The position numbers and the translations under genes were made by a program. A model generated the notes under the pieces. The model saw only the letters and a program-made list of their open reading frames with translations. It did not search any database and was not told the origin of the DNA. From positions 27,301 through 54,222 of the forward strand of contig JAQGDQ010001222.1 of NCBI GenBank assembly GCA_030141605.1: a stretch of DNA of 26,922 nucleotides, written 5' to 3'. This DNA comes from Tubiluchus corallicola (lineage: Eukaryota > Animalia > Priapulida). This document shows, in pieces, positions 23,273-26,922 of the stretch (positions are counted from its first letter, which is position 1; every line of letters starts with the position of its first letter).

Positions 23273-25973
23273 TGAGAAAGAGAGAGAGAAAATACTCCGG
23301 AACCTGAACATCTCCTGAATTTGCTCGTTGGCATCATCCAACAAAGAGAGGAACATTTCCACGTACTTCATGCTCTCAGAACCGTCCAGCCTCACATGAG
23401 TAAATAATGACTTTAGAGCCGAAGCAATCTCTGTGAACAAAAAAAATCAATGAAAAAATTGCACACAGTTGATGGATTTAAGCATCTCTGTCTATCCGAT
23501 AAGTGATTACGTTAAATGGTGTAGCACGATACACAATCAATGCTGAATTCTGAAGACAGTAATACATGACATTTTTAGCAAAAGTTGAGTAATTAAGCTT
23601 TAAAACAAAGACTTAAAAACAAGTACTAATAATACACCAGCACTGCATGCAACAAGCATCAGTTTCACATGCAACAAACACAAGTTTCATGTGCAACAAA
23701 CACCAGTTTCACTCGCAACAAACACCAGTTTCGCGCGCAACAAATATCACTTTCACGCACAACAAACATCAGTTTCACGCGCAACAAACACCATTTTCAT
23801 GCACAACAAGCATAAGTTTCACGCACAACAAACACCAGTTTCACGCACAACAAACACCAGTTTCGCGCGCAACAAACATTAATTTCACGTACAACAAGCA
23901 CCAGTTTCACGAGCAACAAACACCAGTTTCACGCGCAACAAACACCAGTTTCGCTCGCAACAAACATCATCACGCACAACAAACACCAGTTTCACACCAG
24001 TGCAACAAACATCATCACGCACAACAAACACCAGTTTCACACCAGTGCAACAAACATTAATTTCATGCGCAACAAACACCAGTTTCACGGGCAACAAACA
24101 TTAATTTCACGTACAACAAACACCAGTTTCACGTGCAACAAACACCAGTTTGACTCGCAACAAACACCACTTTCACGTGCAACAAACACCAGTTCGACTC
24201 GCAACAAACACCAGTTTCACGGGCAACAAACACCAGTTTCACATGCAACAAACACCAGTTTCACCCGCAACAAACACCAGTTTCATGCGCAACAAACACC
24301 AGTTTCATGTGCAACAAACATTAGTTTCACTCGCAACAAACACCAGTTTCACGAGCAACGTACACCAGTTTCACTCGCAACAAACACCAGTTTCACACGC
24401 AACAAACACCAGTTTCACATGCAACAAACACCAGTTTCACGTGCAACAAACATTAGTTTCACTCGCAACAAACACCAGTTTCACGCACAACGTACACCAG
24501 TTTCACTCGCAACAAACACCAGTTTCACACGCAACAAACACCAGTTTCACCCGCAACAAACACCAGTTTCATGTGCAACAAACACCAGTTTCATGCGCAA
24601 CGAACACCAGTTTCACGTGCAACAAACACCACTTTCACGTGCAACAAACACCAGTTTGACTCGCAACAAACACCACTTTCACGGGCAACAAACACCAGTT
24701 TGACTCGCAACAAACATCAGTTTCATGCGCAACGAACATCAGTTTCACGTGCGTTTCACAGCAACTACCATTACTGCAAGCCACAAGCACAAGTTCTCCA
24801 TGTGACAAACACTGGTATGCCTAAATTTTACACACTGCCTGTAACAGACAAGTGGTCTGATACACATTAGGCAATTTATCACTGTGGTGGTGGCGTAAAC
24901 ATTTGAAAATGATGGAGATCCTTGTACATAATCCATTAAAGATGATGCCTTGTGTAACTCAATGGAAAACCTTGTGTAAACACGAGTTCAGAATAAAGAA
25001 TGCTCTAAAACATTGAAAACTACAATAGCTTATTTCAAATCAAAGCTTAGATTAAATAATAATTACCTCGGATACTCGAATTTCGTTAAACTTTCAAAGC
25101 AACGCGCGGCTCAGTGAATCTACTAAGATTGGCAAAGGGGTGTTTTTGTCACATTCGCGTGGCCAACAAATAGGTGCTGTACTGTCATAAGTAATATCAT
25201 GGGCTGCAACGTTCGTCTGTAACGTCAGTGTAACATAGAGCTCATTTTCGAAAAGTCACATCAGCGTCTTATAGCAATCTCCACTTACACAAATGTTCTT
25301 GACAGAAGATGACAACCATTGCACAAATTGTGGTTAGTTTGTGACATAAGTGACAGCTGTGTTCAGTTGTCATTAATTAAGTTTCCAAAGAAATTACTTT
25401 AATATTAGAAACAATTGTTAACTTTTACAGGCAAGAAAACGTATGTTTTGGACAGTAAATTAAAACGAAATTGAGTCTAAACAATCGTCCAGTTTTCGTT
25501 TAAGTAAAATGTGACTGGCTTCCATTTTCTGTTTGATTGCCTTACTGTCGTTAGTTTGTGATGTAAGTAATAGCAGTGTTAGGTTGCCAGAGCTATCACT
25601 TACATCACAAAGTAGCCAGTTTTGGTTGCCATTAATTAACTTTCCAAGGTAATTACTCAAACATTAGAACAAATGTTAACTTTTATGGGCAAGAAAATGA
25701 ATATTTTGGACAGTAAATTAAAACCAGATTGAGTCTAAACAATCGTCCGGTTTTCCTTTAACACGATGACAAAACAACTGAGCTCACTCACCAAGCTTCA
25801 CTTCCGGATCAAAATTGGTGAGAAGCGAAAAAAATGGAGCAACCAACTCCACGTCCACTAATTTGACCTCTCTCTCCGCTGGCAATGCTTTTAGTGCGAA
25901 ACCGTTAGAACAGTAAGAACACTCCAGTACTAAGAGACGCGTTAGTGACGACCCAGGTTTGAAGTTTACGGCT
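517..25973 (-). CDS. ATR: Serine/threonine-protein kinase ATR, partial: 15 internal exons, join complement(25792-25973,23304-23430,21286-21453,19669-19840,19064-19273,18341-18538,16598-16762,15758-15915,12686-12907,11372-11489,11000-11157,9078-9234,4667-4906,3795-3932,517-667)
   Basis: All exons have AG acceptors and GT donors (one GC) with compatible phases, and splice to a stop-free frame. Peptides are collinear with recalled human ATR: MAEFLQPRLLGFLAFF vs MADYLQPKLLGILAFF; MRLMGPKHITPIRMKVMATLR vs MKLMGPKHVSSVRVKMMTTLR; GECLGALAAIDPGRLD vs GECLGELGAIDPGRLD; LSTQTVFGILDHLTMW vs LSTQTVFSMLDHLTQW. Confidence 0.96.
713..2496. repeat. 94-bp tandem satellite, about 19 copies
   Basis: Unit gcgcaactaaagacgactgtaacagtagaaaaaatgttcaacgaatatgcgagtgtagctgcaaagtaacatgttacaatgccttgtagtaaca recurs at 713, 807, 901, 995 and onward. 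Confidence 0.97.
2497..2905. repeat. 23-bp minisatellite, about 18 diverged copies, with further copies at 4064-4140
   Basis: Unit gttactttgccttgtagtaacat; corresponds to the 3' part of the 94-bp unit. Confidence 0.93.
3673..3748 (+). mobile_element. tRNA-derived SINE head (truncated copy)
   Basis: Pol III A box TAGTCTAGTGG and B box GTTCGAACC; near-identical to 4253-4328; poor cloverleaf pairing. Confidence 0.8.
3795..3932 (-). CDS. ATR: ATR exon W14 (138 nt): VKDVKAKRIFTACQMVFKYDNKAALYLLPYIILYVILDGSSTDTDE
   Basis: Acceptor ttccag, donor GAG|gttagt. Resembles human IFTCCSIMMKHDFKVTIYLLPHILVYVLL. Confidence 0.94.
4253..4546 (+). mobile_element. Apparently full-length tRNA-derived SINE, possibly of the Meta/MESC-domain type
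   Basis: A and B boxes, then a central GTCATACCAAAGACTTTACAAATGG motif recalled from widespread metazoan SINEs, ending in AATAAAGA(TTA/TTG)n. The superfamily name is from memory. Confidence 0.8.
4667..4906 (-). CDS. ATR: ATR exon W13 (240 nt): EVLQSYDVSETKDTSGVGGRLWNRFDYDVLEILVPHLHSRY...KPIYNSARGRKFSNWVCTWASYLTTR
   Basis: Acceptor cctctag, donor AGG|gtatgt. Resembles human LWRRFPEHVREILEPHLNTRY...KPIY. Confidence 0.94.
5040..5305. mobile_element. Truncated pogo/Tigger-like (Tc1/mariner) element, one terminus
   Basis: Ends ggtcgaaaaccgaggtacgactg followed by TA (reverse complement TA-CAGTCGTACCTCGG), a Tigger-type end. The other end was not found, so the left boundary is approximate. Confidence 0.55.
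5911..6134. repeat. 71-bp tandem repeat x3 bounded by acaacagatat direct repeats
   Basis: acaacagatat at 5911, 5982, 6053 and 6124; each unit contains GTTTCCTTGGTAAC. Confidence 0.93.
7085..7735 (+). CDS. Intact 216-codon C-terminal reading frame of the nested LRR gene (module 2 and hydrophobic tail)
   Basis: Longest non-repetitive ORF in the track. It has LRR and LRRCT motifs but begins at GTG with no signal peptide, so it is probably not independently translated. Confidence 0.5.
   Translation: MGYSQLDEILKSLPAVATFTLKILFYEDVQLPQEFLKGKRVETLLVMNSNVTFLGETDIRGSIVNFRMESMEQLRIVHRRTFHKVENLESIAFIDCIALAMANLDLSNNPSIRSISFIGTKISNMAMPVLHPGVHPGAVDFKLSESRLICDCNAVWMKKTKWNKSSVDCWEPRISNEQLKLSDFACPHARHVSAQSAGTTTISNVGSLFHLLLFLI
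7741..7826. repeat. 44-bp tandem duplication just 3' of the LRR stop codon
   Basis: gttcctggcacatagttatttcaaagcattgtaatcgtaa occurs at 7742 and 7786. Confidence 0.9.
7895..8400 (-). mobile_element. 5'-truncated non-LTR retrotransposon of the L2/CR1/Crack-like group: ORF2 C-terminus and 3' UTR
   Basis: Peptide SITKQGVQLWNALPSNLKQIKSFYEFKSKLK matches the typical ORF2 end (G..LWN.LP..IK...S...FK..LK). About 260 nt of UTR follows, ending in AATAAAGATTATTAT. Confidence 0.82.
9078..9234 (-). CDS. ATR: ATR exon W12 (157 nt): LDLLTSKPKEEHQFYASIEDENFAFDLICELARGFLAAGDSRAQSCSSYAIQ
   Basis: Acceptor ttttag, donor CAG|gtttgt. Resembles human ELTRAYLAYADNSRAQDSAAYAIQ. Confidence 0.94.
9425..9695 (+). repeat. 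Dispersed repeat, copy 1 (matches 24987-25505)
   Basis: gttcagaataaagaatgctctaaaa...aattacctcggatactc...acttttacaggcaagaaaa...ggacagtaaattaaaa...attgagtctaaa is shared; the second copy has about 250 bp extra in the middle. Confidence 0.88.
10220..10792. repeat. Direct repeat pair (10220-10340 and 10690-10792) enclosing a ~24-bp minisatellite (10525-10680)
   Basis: agctagaac...tagttcatttttt...cacacagactaaYgcataattaagtaaagtccacgtaaa occurs twice; inner unit tatactgtattatttatactgtct. Confidence 0.85.
11000..11157 (-). CDS. ATR: ATR exon W11 (158 nt): ATIHELVVAHEIVSPVVSKLVSTLLDGCRESNAEARSLFGECLGALAAIDPG
   Basis: Hand translation in a frame missing from the ORF track. Acceptor ttttag, donor CG|gtaagc. 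Confidence 0.94.
11372..11489 (-). CDS. ATR: ATR exon W10 (118 nt): QQADFNTLVQRCLNGVGHESVEVRVHYLNRLKSLLQNNQ
   Basis: Acceptor tgtttag, donor CAG|gtttgc. Resembles human HENVDVRIHALTSLKETLYKNQ. Confidence 0.92.
11513..12590. repeat. Tandem duplication of a ~470-480-bp unit (2 copies and a partial third) rich in (GAT/GAC)n
   Basis: gtatgttttcgttcaatattttaaat recurs at about 11568, 12047 and 12513; the unique parts are near-identical. Confidence 0.93.
12686..12907 (-). CDS. ATR: ATR exon W9 (222 nt): VKLAALGPLIGQIVLILLPLL...IFNFLVVENERELSEHFHDLDFIPDVPELSGVQAVLKGHKENF
   Basis: Acceptor tttcag, donor TG|gtaggc. Resembles human IFHYLIIENRDAVQDFLHEIYFLPDHPEL. Confidence 0.93.
13243..15351. repeat. 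78-81-bp tandem satellite, about 26 copies
   Basis: Unit tggtctgcttattcattacctatttggctttttgtaaatacataattagtgcataatttactgtatcaatttcttttctac (13881 to 13962), interspersed with a 78-bp deletion variant. Confidence 0.97.
15758..15915 (-). CDS. ATR: ATR exon W8 (158 nt), UME domain: ALDSLEAWMRLMGPKHITPIRMKVMATLRHSMKYKEPGFTLSSCKAWCTFVH
   Basis: Hand translation. Acceptor tttctag, donor AA|gtaagt. Strong similarity to the human UME region. Confidence 0.94.
16104..16496 (+). mobile_element. hAT-like MITE, internally deleted copy with intact right end
   Basis: 16143-16496 is near-identical to 20896-21248 and ends in TCTCATCCCTG; a degenerate left end ctgggatg lies at 16104. Confidence 0.78.
16598..16762 (-). 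CDS. ATR: ATR exon W7 (165 nt), start of UME domain: VFNGLVMLAE...MAEFLQPRLLGFLAFFDAHLLNSMRSIDEKKL; GC donor
   Basis: Acceptor tgtctag, donor TTG|gcaagt. No phase-0 GT occurs downstream before the stop. Joins in frame to ALDSL, as in human DKKM-ALNSL. Confidence 0.9.
16806..16965 (+). mobile_element. hAT-like MITE, left-end fragment
   Basis: Starts CAGGGATGAGA and matches 20724-20945 with deletions. Confidence 0.78.
17363..18366 (-). repeat. 32-bp minisatellite, about 31 copies, derived from the ATR exon W6 3' end plus donor site
   Basis: Minus-strand unit TCTACCTGTCTACRCATTATAAGCAG|GTATGY. The copy at 18241-18272 is identical to the real exon/intron junction at 18335-18366. Confidence 0.96.
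18341..18538 (-). CDS. ATR: ATR exon W6 (198 nt): AKKQMLAVNFAYIFSYLV...ETELDLGKLMRLHYQDMLNEVLLYLSTHYKQ
   Basis: Acceptor ttacag, donor CAG|gtatgc. Resembles human NFKYIFSHLV...ETEIELGSLLRQDFQGLHNELLLRIGEHYQQ. Confidence 0.93.
18553..18625. repeat. 73-bp perfect inverted repeat, arm A (partner 26373-26445)
   Basis: gaaaatgtccaggtgtataaacttctatacttagcaaatgtacatattacttgacgtctcttactctctctct is the reverse complement of 26373-26445. Confidence 0.95.
18805..19027. repeat. (TC)n microsatellite, imperfect
   Basis: Seen directly; a shorter tract lies at 18615-18663. Confidence 0.97.
19064..19273 (-). CDS. ATR: ATR exon W5 (210 nt): FLGNFLYVRV...FLTANLQYLLPVLVSKASPEATVILRLISKQLDM
   Basis: Acceptor tttcag, donor ATG|gtaaga. 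Resembles human FLTRTLQVLLPDLAAKASPAASALIRTLGKQLNV. Confidence 0.93.
19305..19420. repeat. Compound microsatellite (CTA)n(CTG)n(CTACCA)n
   Basis: Seen directly; lies just upstream of the W5 acceptor. Confidence 0.95.
19669..19840 (-). CDS. ATR: ATR exon W4 (172 nt): IADTEVLRVVTVSLLDAILPGEPSVTEIAQLQLRDVAAGQKLSPTDLFNKFRVDICL
   Basis: Hand translation. Acceptor aaaacag (the nearby ttgcag alternative gives an immediate stop), donor TTG|gtaggt. Aligns to human ...FFSQYKKPICQ. Confidence 0.87.
19924..20364. repeat. ~65-bp tandem repeat x7
   Basis: tacagggtggtt starts at 19934, 19999, 20066, 20131, 20192, 20257 and 20322. Confidence 0.93.
20724..21248 (+). mobile_element. Complete non-autonomous hAT-like element (MITE, 525 bp)
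   Basis: TIRs CAGGGATGAGA and TCTCATCCCTG, one mismatch from the Ac/Ds TIR CAGGGATGAAA; two related copies nearby. No clear 8-bp TSD. Confidence 0.82.
21286..21453 (-). CDS. ATR: ATR exon W3 (168 nt): KVVPYLLRCGTASKDGSTEIRVAIVSKLKSAYVTGRASRNTRLQENVLLSYGQLGR
   Basis: Not in the ORF track; translated by hand. Acceptor ttatttcag, donor AG|gtgggt. Resembles human MKEAYTHAQISRNNELKDTLILTTGDIGR. Confidence 0.9.
22300..22889. mobile_element. Tigger/pogo-like MITE (590 bp) with TA target duplication
   Basis: TA|CAGTGTTCCCT...AGGGAACACTG|TA, with ccgcga-type subterminal repeats near the right end and an AT-rich noncoding interior. Confidence 0.85.
23100..23290. repeat. (GA)n microsatellite, imperfect
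   Basis: Seen directly; begins about 14 nt downstream of the W2 donor in transcript orientation. Confidence 0.97.
23304..23430 (-). CDS. ATR: ATR exon W2 (127 nt): EIASALKSLFTHVRLDGSESMKYVEMFLSLLDDANEQIQEMFS
   Basis: Acceptor ttcacag, donor AG|gttccg (weak). HEAT-like; resembles human LLNLMEDPDKDVRVAFS. Phases fit both neighbours. Confidence 0.87.
23648..24757. repeat. 22-bp minisatellite, about 50 copies
   Basis: Unit gcaacaaacaccagtttcacNN. The 22-aa periodicity (3 units) in the ORF track confirms the period. Confidence 0.96.
24987..25760 (+). repeat. Dispersed repeat, copy 2 (matches 9425-9695), with internal direct duplication of 25365-25505 at 25625-25760
   Basis: gttgYcattaattaa.tttccaa...ggacagtaaattaaaac...ttgagtctaaacaatcgtcc occurs twice. 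Confidence 0.85.
25792..25973 (-). CDS. ATR: ATR exon W1 (182 nt): AVNFKPGSSLTRLLVLECSYC...VAPFFSLLTNFDPEVKL
   Basis: Acceptor ttttctctag, donor G|gtgagt; phase 1 joins W2. PFFSLLTNFDPEVKL resembles human PFLFLLKKKIPSPVKL. The 5' boundary cannot be cross-checked against an upstream exon. Confidence 0.8.
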
Positions 25974-26255
25974 CTAGAGAAAAGAGGCATAACAAAAACA
26001 TAATAATAGGTCAAACTAACAAACTAACTAAATATTCTAAATATAATTTTTTAAGGCGATTTTTCTGAAACTTACTTCAGGTACCGCTTTTCTTGTCCTT
26101 TAAGTCTTTATCGCAAACTCTAGGTTCATATATACAAAAATACATTCAGGACAAAGTACATACAACAGTTTTAAATATTTACAATTATCACTTAGCTAGT
26201 GACACACAAAGTAAATGAATAAAAGTAAAGTAACAGTAAAGTAAAGTAAAATAAA

Positions 26256-26257
<2 letters not shown>

Positions 26258-26348
<91 letters not shown>

Positions 26349-26445
26349 GGAGGGAGTGAGGGAGGGAGGGAGAGAGAGAGAGTAAGAGACGTCAAGTAAT
26401 ATGTACATTTGCTAAGTATAGAAGTTTATACACCTGGACATTTTC
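26258..26445. repeat. (GA)n tract plus inverted-repeat arm B (26373-26445)
   Basis: Reverse complement of 18553-18625, extended by GA/TC complementarity. Confidence 0.93.
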
Positions 26446-26827
26446 ATCCTGCATCAAATTTTTTATCGGACAACTGTTTGTTATGGAAAAACAGGGACGA
26501 TTTTTCACTCGTACACATTTTAACTTATGGTCTAAAATGTAGTCAAGCATCGGGACTCCACTAAATATGGTTCATTAAATATCAAAGCCATTCCAGTCTG
26601 TAACCTCTATTTTCTTTCCTAGTTAATTGAAATATGTCATAGGTAGTATAGTATAAATATACCTACAACGTGGAATGCATTTTTGTTGCATTAATGCAGG
26701 TGTAGTTCTATGGCTGCAAAACTTTTCGGTAACTCAATGTGGTGTAGGAATTTTGTAAAATACTGGTGTCTCCTGATAAAAGAAATAAGAAGCCATGCAG
26801 CCCACCCATGCTAGGGATAGAGAAGCA

Positions 26828-26847
26828 GGGAGAGGGAGGGAGGGAAG

Positions 26848-26922
<75 letters not shown>
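26828..26922. repeat. (GGGA)n/(GA)n microsatellite running to the window end
   Basis: Seen directly. Confidence 0.97.

Noticed and set aside
23647-24870. Long repetitive ORFs (RNKHQFH/QQTPVS/ATNTSF)
   Set aside because: The 22-bp unit lacks plus-strand stops, so several frames stay open by chance; the period is not a multiple of 3.
24745-24972. Possible additional minus-strand ATR exon (MDYVQGSPSF...)
   Set aside because: W1 and W2 already join in phase and in register with human ATR; no recognisable homology or convincing donor.

Overview
AT-rich, repeat-laden eukaryotic DNA, most likely from an invertebrate animal; the species cannot be determined from the window. The window is spanned on the minus strand by 15 internal coding exons (25973->517) of ATR, the Mec1/Rad3-family PIKK checkpoint kinase. 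Spliced by hand they give one uninterrupted frame (2564 nt, about 854 codons) covering HEAT repeats, the UME domain and the region just before the FAT domain. The gene start and the FAT/kinase end lie outside the window. One intron apparently uses a GC donor. Most larger introns carry their own satellite, microsatellite, MITE, SINE or LINE remnant. The most unusual observations: (1) a ~31-copy 32-bp minisatellite built from an ATR exon's own 3' end plus its 5' splice site; (2) two long-range inverted duplications of acceptor-proximal intron sequence that bracket blocks of 3 and 5 exons, a circRNA or exon-skipping architecture; (3) a frameshifted two-module LRR / Thr-rich / GPI-signal-like gene nested antisense in an ATR intron, with its N-terminal leader interrupted by a 3x71-bp insert. 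Protein family calls rest on recalled similarity, not database searches. Exon labels W1-W15 follow transcript order within this window. Most short ORFs in the supplied track are artefacts of repeats or antisense frames.
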